Source: Stegostoma tigrinum | Taxonomy: Eukaryota | Assembly (NCBI RefSeq): GCF_030684315.1 | Contig: NC_081393.1 | Location: 16,301,479-16,365,478 of the forward strand | Reading direction: 5' to 3' | Length of the DNA: 64,000 nucleotides | Shown here: piece by piece, positions 23,949-36,904 of the stretch | Layout of the letters: every line of letters starts with the position of its first letter | Numbering within the stretch: position 1 is the first letter of the stretch | The notes under the pieces: generated by a model | Database searches by the model: none | Told to the model about the DNA's origin: nothing | Seen by the model: only the letters and a program-made list of their open reading frames with translations | Made by a program: the position numbers and the translations under genes

Positions 23949-25949
23949 CAACTGGATCCAGTGCCAGGTTCTAACCACAGCAACTAAATTCATTCAGCTG
24001 TTTAACCCTGTTCAGTCAATGTTTCTGGTATTACAAGGACTGGTCAACTTTCGCACGGATTGTGCTCCGAGGAGTTTAACTGCAATGCGTGTGATAAAAA
24101 GTGACAACACATGGTACGTTTTGTTAATAGCACATTTGACATGGAGAATCTCATGCTGGGATCAGTCCCGTGTCAGCGAGATCAAAAAGTACCTTTTACT
24201 TCTAGCTACGCGATCCCCCTCACAACAAGGGTTTTGACCGGAAGGGATTAAAATAAATGGGGAGTGCATATTATTCTTTAAATCCCGTTAGCCTGTATAT
24301 TTCTTTTTACCCCAGCTGCGTTGCAATACTAGTTGACCCCTGAGTCGTCGACTTGAAACACAATTTCGTTGAGGTCTGCTCTATGCGAAATGATGCTCTC
24401 TGACAATGGAGTGAAGTGAAGAATGTAGAGAACAAACACCAGCATGGACCTTTTTGTGCCAAATTGCTTCTGTCAACGATGCCCGGCGCGATACGCAAAC
24501 CGTGAAACCAAGTCCGTGTCAACCTGGAGGTGACTCAGGGTTGCACATTGTTGATCGTTCTTGATTTTTAATGGCCATTTCAGCTATTCGATAGGGATAG
24601 GACCCAAAGGAGAGATTGGCTTGTGGCTGCTGCTCACTTGCTGCAGAAGATGCTTTTGCTATTCCCCTAGAAATGAGGACTGTGCGATGTCCTGTAGCGG
24701 GATTCATGTTGTGCAAGACCGATGTAAAGGCTAAGGGTGAATCTTCACGTAACGTTTATGGAGAGAAACAGAATTGAATAAGGAAGGGATGAGCTGGTGG
24801 CATTTCCATACCTATGTTTCTGTACGTTACACAAATGTGAAAAAAAATCAGCTAACTGGAATTTGTCCAAATTGTATTATCCTTACCAATTCTCTTTTCT
24901 GGACTGTGTAGCGTCACTTGTGTCATTTGTTCCTCACCTTGCCTCTCTTTCTTGATCCCTTTATTTTTTGTTTCAGCTGTCCCGCACACACAGACACATT
25001 GCTCCTTTCTGTTTGGAACACTTTGCCCCCTGCTGTTGGTGTTCTTCATCTCCGCCTCTGTGTGTCTGCCTTTCGCTCGGGCACAAGTACAGAGGATGCT
25101 CCCGAGGAGAGGCTGGACAAGTTTTGACCGTTCTCCTTGGAAGAAGAGAGAGCTTCCAGGAGCCTGAATAAAGGTTTTCAAAATTTTCTGCAGCTTTGAT
25201 TGAGAAGGCACAGAGACCCTCTTGTACCTCTGACAAATGGGCCTAACAACAAGAGGTTATAGATTTGAAACTTATTGACAAAGGATCTAGACTACAAATG
25301 TTTTCAGTCAGTTGAAAGGATCTGGAATGTTTTACCGGAGAGATTGGTAGTTTAACTGTAGCCTGTTTGAATGAATAATGTTACGATTGGGCAAGTTTCA
25401 AGTTGACGGATAAAAATCAGGAGCAAGGATTTGAGACTAATAATGTTATTTTTGAACCAACATAACCACTGTAGGCTATCCGGCTTTCTGCATGTGCTGG
25501 AATTATGGCTATTCGAGCCAATGTGCTACCTGGCGTCAATGACCATAATGGCCACAAGTTCGCTTGGGAATGAGTTACTGGCATCAAAATTGGGAGAGAG
25601 CTGAGCCGCTCAACACACCATCTATCCGCTTCACTCAATTTGCTACACTGGCATTTGGGGCTAGTTGCTTCAGTAATTTTAGGAGAAACTTTATCAGCTG
25701 GTCAATATCCCATCTACTTCCTTGACGGGGTTGTAGGAATCTCCCCCACAGTGTACCTCGCCTGCTAAGCAACAGTGGAGGATGACCAAGGATGGAGTGG
25801 AATACTTAAAAGTTCAACCCATGACTTGTCAAAGTCCAGCCATATACGGTCGGCACCAATAGAATTCTGCCATTCCCAAACTTACCGAAGGTTGTGCAGT
25901 ATCTCTGTTCCAGTCGGCACTGGACTGAGTTCTTTAGGAACAAGCATAA

Positions 25950-26110
25950 TGTGAAGGTGCTGGTGTTGAACTGGGGCGGACAAGGCCAGAAGTCACTCGA
26001 CACCAGGTTACAGTCAAGTGAAGTCACCTGACGAATGAGCAGCGCTCGGAAAATTTCAAAAAAACCTGTTGGACTATAACCTGATGTCGTGTGACTTCTG
26101 ACTTTGAACA
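25950..26110. mobile_element. Second family of short palindromic element with hammerhead-like core (CTGACGA 26028; stem GAGC/GCTC; GAAA 26049)
   Basis: Inverted arms 25982-26015 / 26072-26105 unrelated to the first family. Confidence 0.7.
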
Positions 26111-27320
26111 ATCATCCAGCCACACACATGTACCTCGATCAGACAGCGGCGTATTTGCACAGAAAGGAAATAACTGGAGAGACTTCGTCAGAGTCTCTCA
26201 TTTATTCCCCCGTTCCTGTTGCATTTCCATTTGGCAGAAATCTTTATCACCATCGCCGCTGTTTTCAGGCCGCAATGTAAGTTTCTTTCCTCATTCCACC
26301 ACCCTTCTCCCTTTCCGTGCAGTGGCCTGACAAAGAAGCGTTCGGGGAAACAGCACAGTGAGTTTCAAATTGAAATGGAACTCATCCCAAATGCTAAGAA
26401 TATCTCAACCATCTACTTCAAGCAGAAGACCCATCATCACGATTATGATGAGCAAGCAATGTATATTCTGACACAATTCTCTTTTCATTTTCTCTCCCAA
26501 TTTTCCAGGCTGATAAGAGAGCAAATATTTTTCTCTCTTTCTGCAAGTGAACTTGAAATTAGTGGGGATTTCCCATTATTACGAGCATGAGAATTCGTCA
26601 AAAAGCACAGGAGCATAGGGCTATCAGAATAGTCATTTCACTGAGGGCGAGGCTACACAATGCATTCGGGGTCCCATTGCAGTTAGTATTATCACCGAAC
26701 AGTCAATATCTCACTGATGCTTCGAGTTCACAACAATTCGAATAGTGCTGTTAGATTAACACAGAATTCAAATTTATGGCCAGTACAAGTGTTGCAGCTC
26801 CAGCGAGTGAGTTCCACGCCTGATACCAACTCGGAAACCGAGCAAAACCTCATGCCCATCTCTCAATCGTTTGTTACGTGTCTACCTCAAACTCTACTTC
26901 AAGACATCAATTTGAAAAGTCTACATCCTCTATGGTTTCCTCACACACTTGATGTCCTGTCCACCTTGACAGTGGAGATGGGAAGGTTCATCTTGCTGAA
27001 CTTTCAGTGGAATTAAGTAGGACCTGTTATACCCCACCCACCGCCCAGCCACCTAAATATCCTCCGAATGGCTGCTTCAGATCAGGGCACTCAGCCTTTG
27101 TCATTGGTAGGTGGAAAAGTGATGGGGATATCAATTTTTGTCGGCTGAGTTGAGCCACCGCAGAATTGGTCAACTTTAAACCAACTTTAGATCAGTTTTT
27201 TTTTCAAAAAATACCTCTTTTGACGCTAAGGTTCGCTGAGTGTCCCACCCATCCTTCCGCTTCCCCTGCACTTGCCCCAGACATCCCGCTGTGTTCCCTC
27301 TGGACCGCTGAGAAACTCAC

Positions 27321-27440
27321 CTGCTTTGTCGGACCCTGACCAACCTCGGTGGAGCTCCTGATGTTGTTTGAGTCCAGCACCAATGCACTGAGGTTACAAT
27401 AGAGGCAAGACAGGAGCAAGAGGACCACTGCACAGCCCAT
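27321..27440 (-). CDS. DKK4: Dickkopf-4 exon 1 (signal peptide; MGCAVVLLLLSCLYCNLSALVLDSNNIRSSTEVGQGPTKQ)
   Basis: Kozak accATGg; hydrophobic signal peptide; ALVLDxNNIRSS matches human DKK4; donor GTGAGT. The four exons sum to 693 nt in frame. Confidence 0.95.
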
Positions 27441-27569
27441 GGTGTCCAAAGTGGTTGCAGAGAAACCAGTAACAATTGTAGCAGGTCGCAAGAAGGCACT
27501 TTAACGCAGTTGGAGACCAGTCCCCCTCGAAGTGCCTGTCTCTTTTATTCTGTCTCTTAGGGAGATAAC

Positions 27570-27680
27570 CGTTTCTTATAACCCTGCAGCTCACTCCCTC
27601 TCTGACGTGTGAAGGTGCTTCTCCCCGTCACCGGACGTGAGGAGGGACTAGAAACTGAGTTTCTCCTTGAAACAAAGCGT
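27570..27680 (-). promoter_or_regulatory. DKK4: Putative DKK4 proximal promoter (TATA-like TATAAGA 27580-27574; TCF/LEF-type AACAAAG 27671-27677)
   Basis: Motif matches ~135 and ~230 nt upstream of the ATG; no TSS data. Confidence 0.45.
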
Positions 27681-28294
27681 TTCCGAATGGAGGACGCTCC
27701 AGGCACTTCTCCTTTTGCGATGCCTGTGGGTGAGAATTATTCTAAATCCACCCACTCCTTCTGCTCATTTCCCCTTGTTACTGTCTGAATCAACAGTGGG
27801 CTAGACGCAAGTCAAAACTCAACTTCAAACAGATGCAGCAGTCACAACACCCTGTAATTAATTAGCAGGAAGGTGAGGGGTGTCCTTCCAATATACATTG
27901 ATGCCGATCGGTGTTTCTTTTTTAAAAAGGAAACATTGCGGATGCACTGAGGTGATTAAAGGCAGTGCTGGGTGAAGAAAATGTTAAAGGACACGTTTCA
28001 CTGCCTGGTTTCCTGTCTTCAAGACACCTCAAAGCGCTTTGTGGCTGATGAGTGTTTTTTTGAACTTGCTTTTTGTGGTCATTGTAGGAACGGCAGCACC
28101 AAATTTGCACACATCAAGCTTCCCACGTATGCGATCAGGGCAGGGGCTTCTCTTTGCGATGGTGGCTGAGACATTGTGTCTTGGTTGGATCGCTCAATTT
28201 TCTGCCCTTCAAATATCACCTCTCATATTCATCCCAATAACATCCTCAAAAGAGGGCACCAAGTTGTTTTAAAAGCAAAATGTTCTTTTCATGT

Positions 28295-28575
28295 TGGCAC
28301 AGCTGGCAAGGCATGGCCCACCCCAAATTTCATTGGGGTAAGTGCCCTAAAGTACTTCCAAACCAATTGCAAACGTATAGTGCAGCTTCACCCCTGCCTT
28401 TCTTTGGTGGCTTGACGAGACTGAATGGCCTGATAGACCATTTCAGAGGACAGTTAAGTGTCATCCATGTTGCTATGGGTCTGGAGTCACATGTCGGCCA
28501 GACCAAGTGAGGATGGCACATTTCCTACCCAAATGAGCATGAGTGAACCAGATAAGCTTTTAACAGAAATCTGAT
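28295..28575 (-). mobile_element. SINE fragment (same family as 63430-63770)
   Basis: Reverse complement matches gtgactccagaccca.agcaa..tgg.tgac seen at ~63652. Confidence 0.7.
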
Positions 28576-28579
28576 ACTT

Positions 28580-29260
28580 TCATAGAGTTGTACAGCATGC
28601 AAACACATCCTCTGACCCAACTAGCCTATGCTGACCATGTTCCCAAGCTAAATTAGCCCCACTTGCCTGCATTTGACCCATATCCTTCCAAACCTTTCGG
28701 ATCCATGTACTTACCGAAATGCCTTTTAAGTATTATAACAGGACCTGCAGCCACCATTTCCCCTGAGTAATTCATACCACACACAAACCATTCCCTGGGT
28801 GATAAAAGTTGCCCCTTTGTAAAAGTTGCATTCTTTTTAAAACTTTCTCCACTCATCGAGTATGGCCTCTGGTTTTGACTCTCCCACCCTAGGGAATAGA
28901 CCCTTGCTTTTGACCTTACCAATGCTCCTCATGATTTTATAAACCTCCATAAGGTCATGCCTTAACCTCCCACACTCCAGTGAAAAATGTCCCAGCCTTT
29001 TTTTGTCACTCAAACCCTGTATTCCTAGCAACGTCCTGGTAAATCTTTGAGCCCTCTCTGGCTAGTAATATCCTTCCTACAGCAGGGTGACCAGAATTGG
29101 ACAGAGTACTCCAGAACAGGCCTCACCAGTGTCATGTACAACCTCAAGATAACATCCTAAATTCCTGTACGAGAAAGGTCTGAGCAATGAAGGCAAATGT
29201 GCCAAACGCCTTCTTAACCATTCTGTCCACCTGTGATGCAAATTTCAAAGAATTTCATGA
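28580..29260 (-). mobile_element. CR1 LINE 3' fragment
   Basis: ORFs 28653-28922 and 28837-29031 are decayed CR1 C-terminus. Confidence 0.8.
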
Positions 29261-29432
29261 TCACTAAGGAGAGGGACTTTTTCCCCCCAGATATATCAAT
29301 CAAATTTGAATTCCCCTGGATTGTCTACACTAACATAATGCAGTTGTTTACTTCTCTTATTTCGCAGAAGCACAGAACCTTTGCATTTGGTCTGCAGTCA
29401 GAATCAGTGTGTACCAGAAGTCCCCAGCACAG

Positions 29433-32400
29433 ATAGAACATAGAACAATACAGCGCAGAACAGGCCCTTCGGCCCTCGAAGTTGCGCCGACCTGTGAACT
29501 AATCTAGGCCACTCCCCCTATACTATCCCATTATCATCCATCTGCTTATCCAAGAACTGTTTAAATGCCCCTGATGTGGCTGAGTTAACTACATTGGCAG
29601 GCAGGGTGTTCCACACCCTTACCACTCTCTGAATAAAGAACCGGCCTCTCTGACATCTGTCTTAAATCTATCACCCCTCAATTCGTAGCTGTGCCCCCTC
29701 ATACAAGCTGATGTCATCATCCTTGGAAAAAGACTCTCACTATCCACCCTATATAATCTTCTGATCATCTTGTATGTCTCTATTAAATCCCCTCTTAGCA
29801 TCCTTCTCTCCAATGAGAACAGACCCAAGTCCTTCTGCCTTTCTTCATAGGGCCTGTGCTCCAGACCATGCAACATTCTGGTAAATCTCCTCTGCACCTT
29901 TTTCAATGCTTCCACATCCTTCCTGTAATGGGGTGACCAGAACTGCACGCAATATTCCAAGTGAGGCCGCACTAGCGTCTTGTACAGTTGCAACATGACA
30001 TCACAGCTCCGGAACTCAATCCCTCTACCAATAAAACCTAAAACACCGTAAGCCTTCTTAACAGCACTATCAACCTGGTTGGCAACTTTCAGGGATCTAT
30101 GTACATGGACACCAAGATCCCTCTGCACATCCAGACTACCAAGAATCTTTCCATTGACCCAGTATTCTGCCTTCCTATTATTCTTTCCAAAGTGAATCAC
30201 CTCGCATTTATCTGCATTGAACTCCATTTGCCACCTTTCAGCCCAATTCTGCAATTTATCCAAGTGTCTTGGAACATTCCTCCACACCGTCCACCACTCC
30301 ACCGACTTTAGTGTCGTCTGCAAACTTACTAACCCATCCACCTATGCCTGCGTCCAAGTCATTTATAAAAATGACAAACAGCAGTGGTCCCAAAATAGAT
30401 CCTTGAGGCACACCACTAGTAACCGGACTCCAGGTTGAATATTTTCCATCAACCACCATTTGCCTTCTTACAGAAAGCCAGTTTCTAATCCAAACTGCTA
30501 AATCTCCCTCAATCCCATGCCTCTGCATTTTCTCCAATAGCCTACCATATGGAACCGTATCAAAGGCTTTACTGAAGTCCATGTACAACCACATCAACTG
30601 TCCTACCCTCATCCACATGCTTGGTCACCTTCTCAAAAAACTCAATGAGGTTTGTGAGACACAACCTGCCCTTGATGAATCCATGCTGACTATCTCCAAT
30701 CAAATTGTTTTTTGCTAAACAATTATAAATCTTATCTCTTATAACCCTTTCCAAAACTTTTCCTACAAGGCTCACACGTCTATAATTACCTGGGTCATCT
30801 CTACTGCCCTTCTTGAACAAGGGCTCAACATTTGCAATCCTCCAGTCCTCTGGTACTAAACCTGTAGAAAATGAGGACTCAAAGACCAAGGCCAAAGGCT
30901 CTGCCACCTCCTCCCTAGCTTCCAGAGAATCCTGGGAAAAATCCCATCCAGCCCAGGGGATTTATCTACCTTCACACATTCTCGACTTGATAACACCTCC
31001 TCCTTACTAACCTCAATCCTTTTAATACTAGAAGCCCGTAACTCAGTCTTCTCCTCTGCAATATTCTCCTTTTCCTGAATGAAAACAGATGAGTAATATT
31101 CGTTTAGGTCCCCTCCGATCTCCACAGGGTCCACACACAACTTCCCACTTCTGTCTTTGACTGGCCCTATTGCTCCCCTAGTCATCCTCTTATTCCTCAC
31201 ATACCTATAGAAAGCTTTAGGGTTCTCCTTTATTCCACCTGCTAATGTCTGCTCATGTGTCCTCCTTGCTCTTCTTAACTCGCTCTTTAAATCCTTCCTA
31301 GCTAATCTGTAACTCTCCATCGCCTCATCTGAATCATCTCGTCTCATCGTCACATAAGCTTCCCTCTTCCGTTTAACAAGAGGTACAATTTCTTTAGTAA
31401 ACCACGGTTCCCTTACCTTATCACTTCCTCCCTGCCTGACGGGCATACCTATCGAGGACATGCAATATTTATTCGTTAAACCAGCTCCACATTTCGATTG
31501 TCGCCATCCCCTGCATTTTGCTACCCATTCTATGCCTCCTAAGTCTTGCCTAATCACATTATAATTCCCCTTTCCCCATCTATAACTCTTGCCTGTGGCA
31601 TGTTCCTATCCCTTTCCATCGCTAAATTAAACGTAACCAAATTATGGTCACTCACTCCAAAGGGCTCACCTACCACTAAATCAAACACCTGGCCTGGTTC
31701 ATTACCAAGTACCAGATCCAGTGTGGCCTCCCTTCTTGTCAGCCCTTTGATACACTGTGTTAGAAAACCGTCCTGCACACATTGGACAAAAACTGATCCA
31801 TCCGACATACTAGAGTTATAGCAATTCCAGTCAATGTTAGGGAACTTAAAGTCTCCCATAATGACCACCTTGTTCCTTTCGCTCCTCCCCAGAATCGTTT
31901 TGTCAATCCTCTCCTCCACATCCCTGGAACTTTGCGGAGGCCGATAAAAAACTCCCAGCAGTGTGGCCTCTCCTCTCCTGTTTCTGACCTCAGCCCATAC
32001 CACCTCAGTAGATGAGTCCTCATCAAAAGTTCTTTCAGCCACCGTTATACTGTCCTTGACTAACAAAGCCACACCTCCCCCTCTTTTACCACCTTCCTTG
32101 ATCTTAATGAAAGAGCTAAACCGTGGAACCTGCAACATCCATTCCTGACCCTGCTCTATCCACGTCTCCGAAATGGCCACAACATCGAAGTCCCAGGTAC
32201 CTATTCATGCTGCAAGCTCACGTACCTTATTCCGGATACTCCTGGCGTTGAAGTAGACACACTTCAAACCAGCTTGCTGTCTGCCAGCACATTCCTGTGA
32301 CAGTGAGATCCTGTCCATGTCCTCCCTACTGTCTTCCTCCTGTGTACTGGAACTACACCTCAGTTTCCCATATCCCTGCTGAGCTAATTTAAATCCACCG

Positions 32401-32442
32401 GAATAGCACTAGCAAATTTCCCACCTGGGATATTAGTGCCCC
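29433..32442 (-). mobile_element. Long CR1 LINE (APE endonuclease + RT + 3' tail), frameshifted
   Basis: ISETW, GGGVALLV, FYRPP, MGDF, LDLVL, SDH (EN); [30 protein letters not shown] (RT); tail (tagaaca)n. Confidence 0.95.
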
Positions 32443-34854
32443 TAGATATCAACAACTGGAGGAGGAAGAGAGGTTAAGGTTAAGGTTGTGGCAGAGCAAC
32501 TTTATGAGACTCCTATTGTCAAACTACTCTCAATTCCTATCTATGAAAGGCACTGAATGACCTACTGTTATTACAGCATTTACTGCATTTATTTCAGGTT
32601 CTCAGAATTTGCTTTTTATCTTTGATGGTTACTACATCATGATGGAACTTATGACAGGAGGGCATGTATTTTAAAATCAGCACAGCCTGAGTCATTTTGG
32701 AAGGAATAGTGAATTCAATCAGTGGGGGCACCATTTCATGCTTCAAACATGACTGGTAACACACTCCTTATTTCTAGCCGTCACAAGTTCTTGTTTCTGA
32801 TTCCATGAAGATGGAAGGATGCATCGAGTAAGCCACACACATTAGTAGTATCATGCCAGAGAGGAGAAAGCAAAACTCCACTCAGGCAGTCTGAAACATA
32901 TTAATGTTTCAATGCGCCATCTCCCTCCACATCCTGGTCTTAGAATCATGTCTGACAGAATTGTTCACGGAAGACAGTGGGAAAATACAGATTTTACAAT
33001 GGGAACCCTGTTCAAAGGGACAAGAGGAAAATCGTTTGCTGTATAAGCGTGTTGGAATTCAAGAGCGATGGAAGTGTTGACAAACCTTTATAAGTCATGT
33101 AAGACTTCAGCCTTTATGTCCAGTTCCATAGACTACACATTAAGATGGGATGTGGAGGGCTTGGTGAGGATGGAGTTAGGGTCAGGTGCATAGTTTACTG
33201 AAATGATATCAGGGATGAGGGAGTTCAGTTATCAGACATTGAAGAGAAGAGAAGGAGGAGTTTCACAATGTGGGAGGCAGTTGAGATGCATGATAGAAAC
33301 CCTACAGTGTGGAAATAGGTAATTTGGCCCATCAAGTCCACCACTACCCTCTGAAGAGCATCCCATTCAGACCCACCCCATACGTATCACCCTGAATTTC
33401 CTGTGGCTAACCATGGAACAAGCATATGGATTGAATGGCCTCCTCCCGTGGTTTATCACTCTCTAATTTCAATTTAGTTACTATTTTTTTTTAAAAAATA
33501 ACTCAAATTTCACCAGGAGCCAGAAAAAAAACGGAAAGGGAAGATTTAAACTTGATGTTGTCTGAAACCAGCCTTTGTGAGTCACACAAAGGAAGAACAT
33601 GCCTGAGCAACAAAGTCCTCCAGTCACAGGTGGGAATGCACTGATGATGGTCTTATCCGACAATGTCACATTGTTATCGTGGGACATGAAAGTCAGGAAG
33701 CAAAGAAAAGATACAATTAAATATTTTTGTGGCATTTTCAGTGTGGAGCAAAAATTTAATTAATTATCCGCTTGCCAAAAGAATCAGGGGAGCTTTGATC
33801 TTTGATTTATGATGGCAGTTACTTCTGGAGATGAAAGTGAAATGTATGGTGAAGATGTTCCTTTTTTATGAGATGAACCTTCCATTCATCTGTGTCAAAT
33901 CAGCTTCTATGATACAGATCTTCACTCTGACAATCTTTGCTTACAATCTCAATTTAATGAATTGTTCTTTCATGCCAGAGGATTTTACTTTGCTTTCAAG
34001 CCCCTGCTGTTGATTCTAGGCTGCAATCCACTGTCAGACTCCTGCTTGTTTTTCGTCCTTGATTCCAGACTCTGGTTAGTAGCAGTTTATTGTAAGTGTC
34101 TTGACTTCCTGGAAGTAACCTTTAATTGGAAAACTGAACTGGACCCATCATATAAATACCATGATGACAAGGACACGTCACAGGTTTGGAATTCTTCCTT
34201 GAATAATTCATCTCCTGATAATTTAAAGCCTGCCTACTTCTGCAGGACACATGTCTAGAACCTGTTTGAATAGTCTCTATTCACCTGAACGATGGCAGTT
34301 GCAACCACACACAAGGAGCTCAACACAATCCAGCTTTCTTGATCAACACACCTCTCACCACCTTAAACATTTCCTGCCTTCACCACCAGCACTCAGTAAT
34401 ATATTACCATATATAAGAGTTACTGCACCAACTTGCCATCGTTCTTTGATATGGCAAAATTAGTGACTCCCAAGAAAGACAAGAACAGCAGTCACTTGGG
34501 CTCACCACCACCTGTACGTTCCCTCTAAGCCATATTCCATTCTGAATCGGAACTTACCATACTTTCATTCGTCACTTGGTCATAATCCTCAAATGTCCAT
34601 CCTAACAGCACCGCAGTAGAATCTGCACCACACAGTTTACAGCAGTTCAAACAGGCAGCTCACCACCACTTTCTTCAGCACAACTGGGGATGAGCAACGA
34701 ATCCTGGTGCAGCTACAACTTCTTAATCTGGGGTGAGAAAGGAAAGTAAAAAAAAACAGAAAAATATGGAAACTGAAATCTTTTTATGCTCCAGGGACCC
34801 GATATTTAGGGCTAAATGGAGAGTTTCAAAAAGAAGAATCAGGCAGAAACTATT

Positions 34855-36530
34855 GGCTTGCTAATGTCCATCAGGGAAGGAAATCTGCCAATCTCACCTG
34901 GTACATGTTACTCCAGACCGACTGCAGTGTGGTTGACTCTCAACTGCCCTCTGAAATGGCATATCAAGCCACTCCATTGTATCACTCACAAAAAATCTCC
35001 ACAAAGAAATGAAACCGGACAGACCACTCGGCATCGACCTAGACACCGGAAAAGACAACAGCAGAAACAGCCCTGTCAAGCCTGCAAAGTTCTCCTTACT
35101 CAAATCTTGCGGTTAGTGCCTAAATTAGGAGAGCGGTCTCACAAACTAGTTAAGCAACTGCCTGACACAGTCACACCCACAAAATCGTACCTGACAGACA
35201 ATGTCCCAGACACCACCATCACCATCCCTTGGATATGTCCTCTCCCATCCTCATGACAGACCCAGCAAAGGTGGCAACACAGTCCAGAGGAAGTTGCCCT
35301 GGGCATCCTCAACACTGACCTCAGACCCTGTGAAGTCTCATGGCTTCAGGTTAGATATGGGCAAGGAAAGCTCCCACTGATTACCACATACCGTCCTCCC
35401 TCAGCTGATGAATCAGTATTCCCCCAGGTTGAACAATACGTGGAAAAAGCGTTGCAGGTGGCAAAGGCACAAAAAGAACTCCAGGTGTGGGATTTCGATG
35501 TCCACCACTAAGAGTGGCTCAGCAAAAACACTACTGATCAAGCTGGTCGCATTCTAAAGGACATAGCTGCTAAAATGAGTCTGCAGTAAGTGTTGAAGGA
35601 ACCGACACGAGGGAAAATCATTCTTCATCTCATCTTCACCAGTCTGCCTGCTGCAGATGTATCAGTCCATGTCAGTGTCAGAAAGAGTCACCACCACACA
35701 GTTTTTATGGACACAAAGTTCTGCCTTCAAACTGAGGATACCATCCATCGTATTGTGTGGCACTATTGTGCTAAATCAAACAGATTTTGAACAGGTCTAG
35801 CAACTCAAGACTGAGTATCCATGAGGCACAGTAGGCCATCAATAGCAGGAGAATGGTATTCTAACACAATCTGCAACCTCAAGGCACGGCACACCCCCAT
35901 TTAACCATTACCTTCATGCTAGGGGATCAACCCTGGTTCAACGGTCAGCGCAGGAGGGTATGCCAGAGAAGCACAAGACGTCTTTGAAAATAAGCTATCA
36001 ACTAGTGAAGTTGCCAACGGGACTGCTTGTGTGCCAAACAGCATAAGTATCGAGTGACAGACAGAGCTAACCAATCCCACAATCAATGAATCAGATCTAA
36101 GCTGTGCAGTCCTGCCACATCCTGTTGTGAATGGTGGTGGACAGTTAAACAACTCATTGGAGGTGGAGGCTTCACAGATATCCTCATCCTCAATGATGGA
36201 AGAGCCCAACTCATCAGTGCAAAAGATAAGGCTGAAGGGTTCACAACAATCTCGGACTCCTGCAGTGGTTCCCAGCATCGCAGATTCCAGTCTTCAGCTA
36301 ATTTGGGTCATTCCGCATGATATCAAGAAATATTTGTAGACACAGGATATTTCAAAGGCTATGGTCCCTGACAAAATTCCAGTAATAATTTTGAAGACCT
36401 GTGCTGCAGAACAGGCCAAAATCTTATAGTAGTTTACAACACTGGGAATTATCAGGGTTACCATTGTCCAGAAACTTAAATGGACTTGCCACATAAAAAC
36501 ATTGGCTACAAGGGCAGGTTAGATGCCAAG
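34855..36530 (+). mobile_element. Old non-LTR LINE fragment with endonuclease remnant (CR1/L2 group)
   Basis: Decayed SYLTDNVPDTTITIP, TTYRPPS, EPTRGK.ILHLIFT, SHH motifs; its 5' part resembles the SINE body at ~63610-63700. Confidence 0.7.
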
Positions 36531-36904
36531 AATACTGTTGAGATGGTCAAAACCTGAAGACTTGATGGTTTCAATTTCAGTATAATGAATGATAGACCAT
36601 AGGTGAGGAGCTTGGGGATGCATCGGTTATAACTTTTCTCTTAATTCAGGAGTATTGTCTCTGGATAGGAAAAGGGCAAGTGTCCAACCATTATTTAAGG
36701 AAGGAGAAAACTAACTATCTGAGGAGCTGCCAGATTACCACAACTTCCTTACAACAGAGAAACTATTACCAAGTACTGTGTGACTGAACACGAAGAAGTA
36801 TGATTTGTGATTTACTCATCTTACTAATCTAGTTGACTTGTATTTAAAAACATCATTCATATGATGAAAGGGAGATTGTCATTGAATGTCGTGGAAAACC
36901 AGAA

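Noticed and set aside
27441-27491. N-terminal extension of DKK4 suggested by the ORF track
   Set aside because: Starts at a non-ATG codon; the ATG at 27440 has good Kozak context and aligns with the human start.
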